This document shows positions 26,995 to 36,701 of a stretch of 64,000 nt of DNA, piece after piece. The translations under genes were made by a program, and so were the position numbers. How positions within the stretch are numbered: position 1 is the stretch's first letter; every line of letters begins with the position of its first letter. The notes beneath the pieces were generated by a model. That model was not told the origin of the DNA, searched no databases, and worked only from the letters and a program-made list of their open reading frames with translations. This stretch comes from Terrimicrobiaceae bacterium (GTDB taxonomy: Bacteria > Verrucomicrobiota > Verrucomicrobiia > Chthoniobacterales > Terrimicrobiaceae): NCBI GenBank assembly GCA_044342325.1, contig JBIIPZ010000002.1, positions 1 through 64,000 of the forward strand, given 5' to 3'.

Positions 26995-28485
26995 TCATTT
27001 TGATTTTCTGGCGCGGTCGATGGCGCGCATGCCGGCCATGGCTTTGTTGACGGTCTCTTGGTATTCGCCTTCGGGTGTGGAGTCAGCGACGACGCCGCCG
27101 CCGGATTGGACGAAGGCTTTGCCGTCCTTGAGCAGGACGGTGCGGAGGGCGATGCAGGAGTCGTGGTTGCCGTCGAAGCCGAAGTAGCCGACGGCGCCGG
27201 AGTAGGAGCAGCGTTTGCTTTTTTCGAGTTCGTTGAGGATTTGCATAGCGCGGACCTTGGGCGCTCCAGAGACGGTTCCGGCGGGGAAGGTGGCCCTCAT
27301 GACATCGAAGGCGCTGCGGCCACCGGCGAGTTTTCCCGAAACATGCGAGACGATGTGCATGACATGGCTGTAGCGCTCGATCGTCATGAAGTCGGTGACT
27401 TTCACGGAGCCGTATTCCGCGATGCGGCCGACATCGTTGCGCGCGAGGTCCACGAGCATGAGGTGCTCGGCGCGCTCTTTGGGATCAGCCATGAGATCAG
27501 CGGCGTTGGCATTGTCCTCCTCAACCGTTGCTCCCCGGCGGCGGGTTCCGGCGATGGGGCGGATCTCGACGAGTTCGCCGGTGAGGCGCACATGGACTTC
27601 GGGCGAACTGCCCACGAGGGAATATCCACCTGGACACCGCAGGCAGAACATGTAGGGCGAGGGATTCACAAACCGCAGGGCGCGGTAGAGATCGAGGGCG
27701 TCGTCGTGGAATTCGGTTTCGAAACGCTGGGCGAGCACGATCTGGAAAATATCCCCCGAGCGGATGTATTCGTGCGCGCGGTGGACCATGGCGTGGTATT
27801 CCTCGCGGGTCGTGTTCGAGGTGGATGGCGCGGCGGCGGGGGTGGATTCCGTGAAGATCGGCTCGAAGGCGAGGGGCTTGGAGAGCGACTCCAGGATTCC
27901 ACGAATTCGCTCGCAGGCGGCCTCGTAGGCAGCGGCGGGATTTTCTTTTTCGGGAAAGGCATTCGCGACAATCCGAATCCGGCGTTGGCGGTGGTCGAAG
28001 GCGACAACGACCTCTGTGACCATGAAAAACATGTCGGGAATTCCGAGTTCATCCTTTGGCGCGGGAGGTATGGTGGGCTCGAACCAGCGGATGCAATCGT
28101 AGCTCAGGTAGCCTACTGCGCCGCCATGGAAGAGGGGGAGTGCGGGATCGACCTCGGTGCGGTAGGGGGCCATCCACTTTTCGAGCTCATCGAGCGGGTC
28201 GCAGTCGGTCTCGAAGGTGCGGGAGGTGCCATTTTCCGTGAGCGTGAGGGTTTTTCCCGTGGCGGTGAATGTGGCGCGTGCACCGAAGCCCAGAAAGGAG
28301 AATCGGCCGGTCTGGTCTTTTTGCTCGGCGGATTCGAGGAGAAAGGATGGCGCCTCGCCACACAGCTTGGCGAAGGCGGAGACCGGCGTGTCGCCATCCG
28401 CCACGATCTCACACATGACGGGCACGACGCGGTCGGTGGCCGCCTTTTCCAAAAAAGCGGAGCGCGACGGGGTGACCGGCATCAT
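26995..28485 (-). CDS. trpE: Anthranilate synthase component I
   Basis: FLLESAE, GDIFQIVLAQRF, NPSPYMF, PIAGTRRRG, KERAEHLMLVDLARND, FPAGTVSGAPKVRAM. Confidence 0.95.
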   Translation of the reverse strand: MMPVTPSRSAFLEKAATDRVVPVMCEIVADGDTPVSAFAKLCGEAPSFLLESAEQKDQTGRFSFLGFGARATFTATGKTLTLTENGTSRTFETDCDPLDELEKWMAPYRTEVDPALPLFHGGAVGYLSYDCIRWFEPTIPPAPKDELGIPDMFFMVTEVVVAFDHRQRRIRIVANAFPEKENPAAAYEAACERIRGILESLSKPLAFEPIFTESTPAAAPSTSNTTREEYHAMVHRAHEYIRSGDIFQIVLAQRFETEFHDDALDLYRALRFVNPSPYMFCLRCPGGYSLVGSSPEVHVRLTGELVEIRPIAGTRRRGATVEEDNANAADLMADPKERAEHLMLVDLARNDVGRIAEYGSVKVTDFMTIERYSHVMHIVSHVSGKLAGGRSAFDVMRATFPAGTVSGAPKVRAMQILNELEKSKRCSYSGAVGYFGFDGNHDSCIALRTVLLKDGKAFVQSGGGVVADSTPEGEYQETVNKAMAGMRAIDRARKSK

Positions 28486-29084
28486 GTGAACGAAACCTTC
28501 GGCGCCTCGCGCTCGGCGGGGTTTTCGACTTGGAACAACTCGGCTGCGGCGAAGTTGAAGATGCCTGCGATGATGTTTGTCGGGAAAAGTTCGCGCTTCG
28601 TGTTGTAGGCCATCACGGAGTCGTTGTAGGCCTGCCGGGCGAAGGCGACTTTGTTCTCGGTGGAGGTCAGCTCCTCGGTGAGCTGGAGCATGTTTTGATT
28701 TGCCTTGAGGTCGGGATAGGCCTCGGCGACGGCCATGAGGCGTCCGAGAGCGCCGGTGAGCCCGGCTTCGGCTCCTGCAAGTTCGCGCATCGCGGCGGGA
28801 TCGCCAGGATTCGCAGCGGCGCGGCCACCAGCGGTTTGCGCGATGTTGCGGGCGGCGGTGACAGCTTCGAGTGTTTTGCTCTCGTGCTGCATGTAGGCCT
28901 TCGCGGTTTCAACGAGATTCGGGATGAGGTCGTAGCGGCGCTTGAGTTGGACATCGATCTGCGAGAAGGCGTTTTTGAAGCGGTTTCGCAGCGTCACGAG
29001 ATGGTTGTATTGGCCTATGACGAAGAGCAGGAAAAAACCCGCTATGACGGCCAGAACGATCAGCGATATCACAAATGTTCCCAT
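28482..29084 (-). CDS. lemA: LemA family protein
   Basis: N-terminal TM helix, YNHLV..RN...NAFSQIDVQLKRRYDLIPNLV, EAYPDLKAN, TENKVAFARQAYND. Confidence 0.95.
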   Translation of the reverse strand: MGTFVISLIVLAVIAGFFLLFVIGQYNHLVTLRNRFKNAFSQIDVQLKRRYDLIPNLVETAKAYMQHESKTLEAVTAARNIAQTAGGRAAANPGDPAAMRELAGAEAGLTGALGRLMAVAEAYPDLKANQNMLQLTEELTSTENKVAFARQAYNDSVMAYNTKRELFPTNIIAGIFNFAAAELFQVENPAEREAPKVSFT

Positions 29085-29186
29085 GTGCCGCACTTTGCCG
29101 CCGTCGCAGGCGCTTCGCAATAGGAAAAAGCCCGCGCGACTTCCCGCTTGTGGGGCTTTCCAATCGGGCATAGTTTCTCGATTGAA

Positions 29187-30023
29187 ATGATTGCGCAACG
29201 CAGTCCAGACAACGACGGACCCCTCACCTGGCTGGGAAATTTCCCGGTTTATGTGAGCACGGTGGTCGCGGGCTTGCACGGAGTCGCCCTTGTTTTAAGC
29301 GCCCTTGCGATGGCGGCAGGCTCGGAGACGCTGCTGCAGTCGCTGATGTTTTCGAGTGATGCCGTGGTGCGAGACTGGTCGGTTTGGCAACTCTTCACCT
29401 ATGCGTTCGTCCACACGCCCCCTTACTGGGTGTTTTTATTCGAGCTGTATTTACTGGTCGTCTTCGGTCGGGAGATCGAGAGCTACCTCGGGCGCGCGGC
29501 ATTCATCAAACTCTACCTCACCCTGCTGGTAGCTCCTTCGTTGTTTCTCACGCTCTGCGATTTCTTCGGCTGGCGGACGATTTACGATGGATCGAGCGCG
29601 CTCCACTTTGGCGTGTTTGTGGCATTTGCCTTGATCTACCCGACCGCTGAAATCCTCTTCAGCATTCAAGCGAAATGGATCGCCCTCGCGCTTCTGGCCA
29701 TCAACTCGCTTCAATGCTTGGCCCTCTCGAACTACGATGCGCTCGCCGTGCTGGTGGTGGATTGTGTGGCCGCCTGCCTCTTCATCGGTTTTCAGCAGGG
29801 CCGCTTCACCTTCCGGCTACCCGAGCGGACGCAGAAAGCCCGGCCCGCACGGAAGCCGGCGGCGCCCCGGAATGCCGAGCCCGTCAGCGAGGATGCGATC
29901 GACGCGATCGATCCGATCCTTGAAAAAATCTCTCGTCACGGCATCGGCAGCCTCACGCCGCGCGAACGCGAGCGCCTCGAGAAGGCGCGTGCTCATTTGA
30001 TCGCCAAGGACGGGGGATTGTAA
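29187..30023 (+). CDS. Rhomboid-like intramembrane protein with C-terminal DUF6576
   Basis: WQLFTYAFVH, multiple TM segments, IDPILEKISRHGIGSLTPRERERLE. GSS is present but the catalytic His is not evident. Confidence 0.8.
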   Translation: MIAQRSPDNDGPLTWLGNFPVYVSTVVAGLHGVALVLSALAMAAGSETLLQSLMFSSDAVVRDWSVWQLFTYAFVHTPPYWVFLFELYLLVVFGREIESYLGRAAFIKLYLTLLVAPSLFLTLCDFFGWRTIYDGSSALHFGVFVAFALIYPTAEILFSIQAKWIALALLAINSLQCLALSNYDALAVLVVDCVAACLFIGFQQGRFTFRLPERTQKARPARKPAAPRNAEPVSEDAIDAIDPILEKISRHGIGSLTPRERERLEKARAHLIAKDGGL

Positions 30024-30025
30024 AA

Positions 30026-30733
30026 ATGCCCGAACCTCAAGACTCTCCACCCGCGTGCCAAACCGATCCGAACCTCAAGGATCCCTGCTATGTCAACGCC
30101 CTCTCCCACTTTTACCGGGGAGAACTCGGACGCATCATGATCTGGCGACAGAGGCTGGATGTGACGACGACCTGGGCGATTACAACCAGCACCACGATTA
30201 TTGGATTTGCGTTTTCGATTCGGGATGTCCCGCACATCATTTTCTTTTTCAACCTCGCCCTTGTCTGGATCATGCTTTGGATCGAGGCGCGGCGCTACCG
30301 GTTCTATGACGCGTTTCGCGGGCGGGTTCGCATGCTGGAGGCGCACTTTCTGGTGCCAATGATTTCGCAGAGTCCTAAAATCCTGGACGGCGAGTGGCGG
30401 CGGCTTGTTTGTGAGGATCTCATCCTACCTTCCTTCAAGATCAGCAAGCTGGAGGCAGTCGCGCGGCGATTGAAGCGGAATTATGCGTTCATCTTTGGAT
30501 TCGTGATGTTGGCTTGGACGCTCAAGATTTTCATTCACACGAAGGAACCGATCCGCTCGTTCGCAGACTTCTACCATGCCATGGCGGTTCACCAGTTGCC
30601 ATCCTGGCTGGGCTTCGGAGTTTACATAGGAACGATCCTTGTGATTTCGTTTTTGATGATTGTCATGCTTCGTTCGAGCAGCGAAGAGGTCAACGAATTC
30701 GGTAACTCGAACAGCTCGCTATGGAAAATTTAG
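30026..30733 (+). CDS. DUF2270 membrane protein
   Basis: HFYRGELGR..WRQRLDVTTTWA, IEARRYRFYD, RRLKRNY. Confidence 0.85.
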   Translation: MPEPQDSPPACQTDPNLKDPCYVNALSHFYRGELGRIMIWRQRLDVTTTWAITTSTTIIGFAFSIRDVPHIIFFFNLALVWIMLWIEARRYRFYDAFRGRVRMLEAHFLVPMISQSPKILDGEWRRLVCEDLILPSFKISKLEAVARRLKRNYAFIFGFVMLAWTLKIFIHTKEPIRSFADFYHAMAVHQLPSWLGFGVYIGTILVISFLMIVMLRSSSEEVNEFGNSNSSLWKI

Positions 30734-31494
30734 ACGGTATCGCCCGCCTGCAGGAAATTGTCGCCCGCCTCCGCGCCCCGGATGGCTGCCCTTGGGATCG
30801 TGAGCAGACACACTCCTCGTTGCGGCCTTTGCTCGTTGAGGAATGCTACGAGGTCATCGACGCCATCGAGCGCTCGGATGATGCGAACCTGCGCGAGGAA
30901 CTCGGCGATCTGCTGCTGCATATTGTGATGCACGCTCAGATGGGTTCTGAGAGAGGAGCCTTCTCGCTCGAGGAGGTCGCCGCCACGGTTTGCGAAAAAA
31001 TGATCCGCCGCCACCCGCATGTCTTCGGCGATAAATTGGCGGCAGATTCCGATGCAGTTCTTCGTCAATGGGAACAAATCAAGCGCAGTGAAAAAGGCGG
31101 CGCGTCAGGCGTTCTGGACAATGTTGCCGGAGCCCTTCCGGCCTTGCTCAAGGCACAGACTGTTCAAAAAAAAGCGGCGCGTGTCGGATTTGACTGGCCG
31201 GATGTCGAGCCCGTTTTCGGCAAGTTTGCCGAGGAAGTCGCCGAAGTCCGCGAGGCCATAGCGGCTGGTGATGCCGTATCCCTCGAAGCCGAGGTCGGCG
31301 ACTTGCTCTTCACCGCCGTGAACCTCGCCCGTAAGCTGGGAGTCGATGCCGAAACGGCCCTCGCAGGTTCCACAAATCGTTTTGTGTCCCGCTTTCAAGC
31401 CATCGAGCGCGAACTCCATTCAGTTGGCTGCAAGGTTGAGGAGACGCCGCTCGAAGAACTCGACCGCATTTGGGAAAAAGTGAAATCCACATGA
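30721..31494 (+). CDS. mazG: Nucleoside triphosphate pyrophosphohydrolase MazG
   Basis: LRAPDGCPWDREQT, EECYEV, EELGDLL, RRHPHVF, KAARVGFDW, EVGDLLF. Confidence 0.95.
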   Translation: MENLDGIARLQEIVARLRAPDGCPWDREQTHSSLRPLLVEECYEVIDAIERSDDANLREELGDLLLHIVMHAQMGSERGAFSLEEVAATVCEKMIRRHPHVFGDKLAADSDAVLRQWEQIKRSEKGGASGVLDNVAGALPALLKAQTVQKKAARVGFDWPDVEPVFGKFAEEVAEVREAIAAGDAVSLEAEVGDLLFTAVNLARKLGVDAETALAGSTNRFVSRFQAIERELHSVGCKVEETPLEELDRIWEKVKST

Positions 31495-32492
31495 GCTTCG
31501 CCGTTGTTCAACCCGGCGCACGCTCGCGCAACAGGTCTTTTGCGAATGGACCGGGAGGCCCGGACGATGCCGGTCCGGCTCCTGAGGGCGTTTACGCCTA
31601 CGCCGCCTGCCTCGGGGGCGGCTTCCACCGTAGCCTGCGAACAATCCCCTCGAATGCCGATGATATCCTGCTGATTTTGGACAAAAAGAATCTCCGCAAG
31701 GCCCTGGCCGCGCTGAAAGTTCTACGCAAACGCGGTGCGCGCGTGAGGGTTTCCTGCAGAGACACACGCTCAGCCGACTTCGCCGCCCTCCTCAGCGATG
31801 TGACGAGATTTGATCTTTTCCGCGAAATCTGCTGCTCCGCCGATGGTGCCATCGCCACCACTCCCGAGAGCGTGAGCTTTTATGAAACCGCCGGCGCTAC
31901 CCAGGTCCCGTTCATCCCGCCGCCGTGTCCGGTCGATCACCCTGCGTGGGACTTCAGCCAGCCTGCGGGCAAGCGGCGCGGCATTTTCATCGGAACAAAT
32001 TCCTTTCTCTCCGGCGGAGCGAACCATATGGCGGCCCTTATGGCGGCTGACCGCCTCTCGCGTGAACTGGAATGCCCGCTGGCGGTGGTCAACACCGAGG
32101 GACGCCGGGGCGGGATGATTTTAAAAAGCCTGCGAAAAAACAACCCGCTCTTCTTCATTGTCGAGGCGCCGGTGCCATACGCCGATCTGTTGCGTGTCAT
32201 GTCGCTCCATCGAATCGTATGGCAGTTGGATGGTGACGAAGGCCCTGGCGCGAGCGCATCCGCCGCATTGCTCTGCCGCATCCCCTGCGTGGGGGGGGAT
32301 GGCGCCGTCGAGCGCATCGCCTTTCCCGGCATAAGTTCGCCTGCCTCGCGGGAGGATTTGTTGGAGTCCGCGCGACTCCTGCTCACAAATGACAAGGCTT
32401 GGCAGGAGGAGGTCGAGGCCTCCCAGCACCGGGCGGCCGAATTCCTTTCGTTTCGCAAAACCGCCCTGCGTCTCGAGTCCTCGCGTTCATGA
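31491..32492 (+). CDS. Hypothetical protein, possibly a divergent GT-B glycosyltransferase
   Basis: Coupled between mazG and a GT2 gene. C-terminal ALLCRIPCVGG resembles GT-B donor-binding motifs. Confidence 0.55.
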   Translation: MSFAVVQPGARSRNRSFANGPGGPDDAGPAPEGVYAYAACLGGGFHRSLRTIPSNADDILLILDKKNLRKALAALKVLRKRGARVRVSCRDTRSADFAALLSDVTRFDLFREICCSADGAIATTPESVSFYETAGATQVPFIPPPCPVDHPAWDFSQPAGKRRGIFIGTNSFLSGGANHMAALMAADRLSRELECPLAVVNTEGRRGGMILKSLRKNNPLFFIVEAPVPYADLLRVMSLHRIVWQLDGDEGPGASASAALLCRIPCVGGDGAVERIAFPGISSPASREDLLESARLLLTNDKAWQEEVEASQHRAAEFLSFRKTALRLESSRS

Positions 32493-33250
32493 CCGGCATC
32501 TCCGCATTCATCGTTTGCAAAAACGAGGCCGCATCCATCGAGCGTTGCCTCGCGAGCCTCGCGTGGTGCGATGAAATCGTTGTTGTAGACTCGGGGTCCA
32601 CCGACGCCACTTTGGAAATCTGCGCGAGGCATAACTGCCGAATCGCTCACCGGGAGTGGACTGGCTATGTGGAGCAAAAATCCCATGCGCTCTCGCTTTG
32701 CACACAACCGTGGATTCTCAATCTGGATGCCGATGAGGAGGTCTCGCCCGAGTTGAGAGACGAAATCCGTGCCATGCTTGCAAGCGATGCCGGAGGACAA
32801 GCGAAGGAGGAGGGATTCGAGATTCTGCGTGTGGTTTTTTACCTGGGCCGTTGGTGGCGAAAAGGCGGATGGCATCCCGAGCGCCGCTTGCGCCTCGCGC
32901 GGCGCGAACGGGTCACTTGGCACGGGGAGGAACCCCATGAGCACGCCCGCGTGCAGGGTGCCGTCGGCCGTATGCGTGGTGAGTTGCGGCATTACACCTA
33001 CCGCGATATCGCTGACCATGTGGCCCGCCTGAATGCACACTCCTCCGCAGCCGCTCGGGCCCTTCACAAAAAGGGCAAGTGCGCGGGTCTTGCGGATCTT
33101 CTTCTCAAACCCAAGGCGCGTTTTTTCAAATTTTACCTGCTTCGCCGTGGCTATCGCGAAGGCCTGCCCGGCCTGCTCGTCGCTTTCATGGAGGCGTTCT
33201 ATGTTTACTTGAAATATTTCAAACTCTGGGAGCTTGGCCGCAAAGGTTAG
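32489..33250 (+). CDS. Glycosyltransferase family 2 (WaaE/KdtX-like LPS core)
   Basis: KNEAASIERCLASLAWCDEIVVVDSGSTDAT, WILNLDADE, YLKYFKLWE. Confidence 0.9.
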   Translation: MTGISAFIVCKNEAASIERCLASLAWCDEIVVVDSGSTDATLEICARHNCRIAHREWTGYVEQKSHALSLCTQPWILNLDADEEVSPELRDEIRAMLASDAGGQAKEEGFEILRVVFYLGRWWRKGGWHPERRLRLARRERVTWHGEEPHEHARVQGAVGRMRGELRHYTYRDIADHVARLNAHSSAAARALHKKGKCAGLADLLLKPKARFFKFYLLRRGYREGLPGLLVAFMEAFYVYLKYFKLWELGRKG

Positions 33251-33345
33251 GCATCTCTGGCTTTTCCGGCAGGCGATCACCCCAATGTGAATCCGCCGAT
33301 TCTCGACGATGGGTTTCCGCGTCTCCCGCTATCTTCCATGGAAGA

Positions 33346-33387
33346 ATAGAACCTCCGGCAGGCAATTCTGCCGGGGGTTCTGTTTGT
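33346..33387 (+). terminator. Strong hairpin, possible terminator of the rhomboid-GT operon
   Basis: AGAACCTCCGGCAG (33348-33361) pairs with CTGCCGGGGGTTCT (33368-33381), followed by GTTTGT. Confidence 0.5.
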
Positions 33388-33452
33388 AGGGTTCATGGGG
33401 CGTTGCCCCCATTGTTGATGAGGTTGCCCGCTCTTAAAGGTGCGGAAGATTT

Positions 33453-34655
33453 ATGACCAAATCACCGCCAATCCGAAAAAGCAGCGCCAGAGAAATTCTG
33501 AGGGACATGCCACTGCCTCCAACCGAGGAGCCAGAGGTATCCTACAACAGGCTTTTTGAGACATCGCAGGACGGGATTTTTGTCTTGGATTTCCACACGC
33601 GCCGGATTGTGGATGTGAACCCAGCCATGTGCCTTCTCACTGGCATTTCGAGGTCGCGCCTCATCGCGGCGAATCCTGAGAACATCGCTCCCCTGCAAGC
33701 ACTGTTCCGGAGTGAAGGATCATTTTTCGACGAGCTTCGAGCGGACCCTGTCCTTCGCAGGGAGAACCTGAGTGTGGAGAACCGGGATGGTGTGCACATT
33801 CAAGTCGAAGCCGTTTGCAATCTCTTCCACTCAGGCGGACGCGAGTTCATTCAATGCAACCTGCGCGATGTCACCCAGCACCGTCTGGCGCAGGATCAGG
33901 TGCGGCGTATGAACGAAATGCTCGAGCAGCGCGTGGCAGCGCGCACCTGCGAACTCGAGAGCGCAAACCGCGAGTTGGAGGCGTTCACCTACTCGGTTTC
34001 TCATGATCTCCGGGCCCCGCTGCGCCACATCATGGGCTTTGTCGAGATCCTTGAAAAAGAAGCCGCCGACACACTCACGGATGCCCAGCGGCGGCATCTC
34101 TTCACGATCGGCGGAGCCGCGCGGCGCATGGCGGAGTTGATCGAGGACCTGCTCGCATTCTCCCGCATCGGCCGCTCCGAGGTGCAGAAGGTGACTGTGG
34201 ACATGCTCACGCTCGTGATGGAGGCGTTGGATGACCTGCGCCATGAAACGAAGGATCGAATCATTAGCTGGAAAATCCAAGACCTGCCCATGGTGACGGT
34301 GGACCGCTCGCTCATGCGCCAGGCGCTGGTGAACCTGCTTTCGAACGCCATCAAGTTCACTTCGAAACGCAACCGGGCAGTCATTGAAATCGGCACGGAG
34401 CCGGGCCGTAAGGATGAGGATACGATCTACATTCGCGACAACGGTGTGGGTTTTAATCCCCGCTACGCGCAGAAAATTTTCGGCGTCTTTGAGAGACTGC
34501 CCAATGCTGACGAGTTCGAGGGGACCGGCATCGGTCTGGCCAATGTGCAACGCATCATCCGCCGTCATGGCGGCCGCGTGTGGGCGCTTGGCAAGGTGGA
34601 TGCAGGAGCCACATTTTATTTCACCCTCCCCCGCAGAGTTGAAAATGACGCCTGA
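33453..34655 (+). CDS. PAS sensor histidine kinase
   Basis: PAS region, H-box FTYSVSHDLRAPLR, NLLSNAIKF, RDNGVGF, GTGIGLA. Confidence 0.93.
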   Translation: MTKSPPIRKSSAREILRDMPLPPTEEPEVSYNRLFETSQDGIFVLDFHTRRIVDVNPAMCLLTGISRSRLIAANPENIAPLQALFRSEGSFFDELRADPVLRRENLSVENRDGVHIQVEAVCNLFHSGGREFIQCNLRDVTQHRLAQDQVRRMNEMLEQRVAARTCELESANRELEAFTYSVSHDLRAPLRHIMGFVEILEKEAADTLTDAQRRHLFTIGGAARRMAELIEDLLAFSRIGRSEVQKVTVDMLTLVMEALDDLRHETKDRIISWKIQDLPMVTVDRSLMRQALVNLLSNAIKFTSKRNRAVIEIGTEPGRKDEDTIYIRDNGVGFNPRYAQKIFGVFERLPNADEFEGTGIGLANVQRIIRRHGGRVWALGKVDAGATFYFTLPRRVENDA

Positions 34656-35103
34656 TACGGCTCAAATACTGCTTGCGGAGGATGATCCCGCCGATGTCGA
34701 ATTGGCGCTCTCGGCCATGCAGGCCGGTGATCCGAGGCGCTGCATCGAGGTCGTGAACACGGGCGAGGATGCGTTGGATTACCTGCACCGCCGCCGGGCA
34801 TGGAGGGGGCGAGGCGCCTCGCAGCCCGCGTTGGTGTTGCTGGATCTCAAGATGCCCGGAATCGGTGGCATCGAGGTTCTGCGCGCTATTAAAACCGATG
34901 CCCGCACGCGGTGCATTCCTGTGGTGGTTTTCACCTCCTCGGGCGAGCGGCGGGATATTTCTCTTTGCTATGAGCACGGCGCGAACGCCTACGTGGTGAA
35001 GCCAGTGGACTTTGCCTGCTTTGTCGAAACCCTTCAGGCCATCGGCCACTTCTGGACCGGCCTGAACACCCCCCCGGCGCGTTCGCTTCGCCCTCAGAGA
35101 TGA
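34645..35103 (+). CDS. Single-domain response regulator (Rcp1-like)
   Basis: ILLAEDD, LLDLKMP, PVVVFTSS, GANAYVVKP. Confidence 0.92.
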   Translation: MTPDTAQILLAEDDPADVELALSAMQAGDPRRCIEVVNTGEDALDYLHRRRAWRGRGASQPALVLLDLKMPGIGGIEVLRAIKTDARTRCIPVVVFTSSGERRDISLCYEHGANAYVVKPVDFACFVETLQAIGHFWTGLNTPPARSLRPQR

Positions 35104-36614
35104 AGTGCCGGATTCTTCACCTGGAGGACGACCCGCTCGATGCCGAGTTGATCTTGCGCAGGCTGGAAACAGATGGCTTGGATTGCCAAATCGACCGGGT
35201 GGATACGGAGGCGGCTTTTTTGCAGGCGCTCGAACGCGGGGGCGTCGATCTCGTTTTGGCCGATTTCTCGCTGCCCGGCGCCGACGGAATGGAGGCGCTG
35301 CGGCTCGCTCGGCAAGTGAAGCCCGATCTGCCATTTCTCATTGTTTCGGGAGTCATCGGAGAAGAGGCGGCGGTGGATTCTCTTCACAACGGCGCGACCG
35401 ACTACATCTTGAAAGACCGTCTCTCCCGCTTGACGCCCGCCGTGCGAAGGGCATTGGACGAGGCCGCGCTCCGGCGCGATAGCAAATCTCTCGGCGACCA
35501 ACTCACCCGTTCCCAGAAACTCGAAATCTTCGGAGAACTCGCGGGCGGTGTAGCTCACGACTACAACAACATTCTTACAATCATCATGGCCAACAGCGGG
35601 CTGCTCATGGCCGGACTCGCCGAGGGAACGCGCTTGCACAAGCACGCTTCGCAAATCGAATACGCCTGTGGCCAGGCCGCCTCGCTCACCCGGCAGCTCT
35701 TGGTTTTCAGTCGCGACCGGGGGCGCGATGCCGCTGTGCTGAATCTAAACGGCATTGTCCAAAATGCCGAGTCCATGCTGGCGCGCCTCCTTCCCGAAAA
35801 TGTCGAACTCGCAGTCTCCCCCGGTGCCGACCCGCTGCACATCACAGCAGATCGCGGCGATCTCGAGCAGGTTCTCATCAATCTTGTCCTCAACGCGCGC
35901 GACGCCATTCGCTCGCATGGCACGATCCGAATCGAAACAGGGAGGATTCAAAAAGACAGGCAGGAGCTTGTTTTTTTAAAGGTGCGGGACAACGGTGCTG
36001 GAATGACCAGCGAGGTGAAGGCGAGAGTGTTCGAGCCTTTTTTTACGACCAAGCCGGAGGGGAGTGGCACGGGACTCGGACTCGCGACCTGTCGGCGATT
36101 GATACAATCCATGGACGGACAGATCACCGTAAAAAGCCATCCCGGCCGGGGAACGGAATTCTGCATTCTATGGCCTGCGGCGGAGGGTGGTGGGGGTTCT
36201 CAAAGCCAGATTCCTGTGCGTGCTGAAATGCCGCGTGGCTGTGAAAAAATCCTCTTGGCTGAAGACAATCACATGCTTCGAGACATGATGGCCGGCCAGC
36301 TTGAGGAGCTTGGCTACGAGGTTCTGCAAGCCTCCAATGGCATCGAGGGCCTCGATGTCTTCGCTCAGAGCAAGGACAACCCTCCCGTGCTCGTCATTGC
36401 GGATGTCGCGCTCCCTCTGCTCAGCGGGCGGGAGATGGGTCGGTTGCTCCAGCGGTCATCGCCAGATTTGCGTGTTCTCCACACCTCGGGACACTCCGAC
36501 CACACCATAGCTGCGCTGGGATTTCAGCTTCCGGCGGGGGATGTGCTCAGGAAGCCTTTCACGCTGGCCGAGCTGACGCTGAGGATCCGTGAAATCCTCT
36601 CCGCAACGAAATAA
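35100..36614 (+). CDS. Hybrid histidine kinase (REC-HisKA-HATPase-REC)
   Basis: ILHLEDD, GGVAHDYNNIL, NLVLNARDA, FEPFFTTK, GTGLGL, C-terminal receiver. Confidence 0.92.
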   Translation: MKCRILHLEDDPLDAELILRRLETDGLDCQIDRVDTEAAFLQALERGGVDLVLADFSLPGADGMEALRLARQVKPDLPFLIVSGVIGEEAAVDSLHNGATDYILKDRLSRLTPAVRRALDEAALRRDSKSLGDQLTRSQKLEIFGELAGGVAHDYNNILTIIMANSGLLMAGLAEGTRLHKHASQIEYACGQAASLTRQLLVFSRDRGRDAAVLNLNGIVQNAESMLARLLPENVELAVSPGADPLHITADRGDLEQVLINLVLNARDAIRSHGTIRIETGRIQKDRQELVFLKVRDNGAGMTSEVKARVFEPFFTTKPEGSGTGLGLATCRRLIQSMDGQITVKSHPGRGTEFCILWPAAEGGGGSQSQIPVRAEMPRGCEKILLAEDNHMLRDMMAGQLEELGYEVLQASNGIEGLDVFAQSKDNPPVLVIADVALPLLSGREMGRLLQRSSPDLRVLHTSGHSDHTIAALGFQLPAGDVLRKPFTLAELTLRIREILSATK

Positions 36615-36638
36615 GTCGTTTCTGTCGCGCGGCCTTTG

Positions 36639-36667
36639 TTGACAGCGCCCGCCGTCCTCCCCATATT
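36639..36667 (+). promoter_or_regulatory. Putative sigma70 promoter of typA
   Basis: TTGACA (36639-36644), 17 bp spacer, CATATT (36662-36667). Confidence 0.45.
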
Positions 36668-36701
36668 CCGTGCCCGCTCACAGCTGGGCGCACTACTATT
36701 T

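Noticed and set aside
27058..28608. 516-aa plus-strand ORF
   Set aside because: Antisense shadow of trpE.
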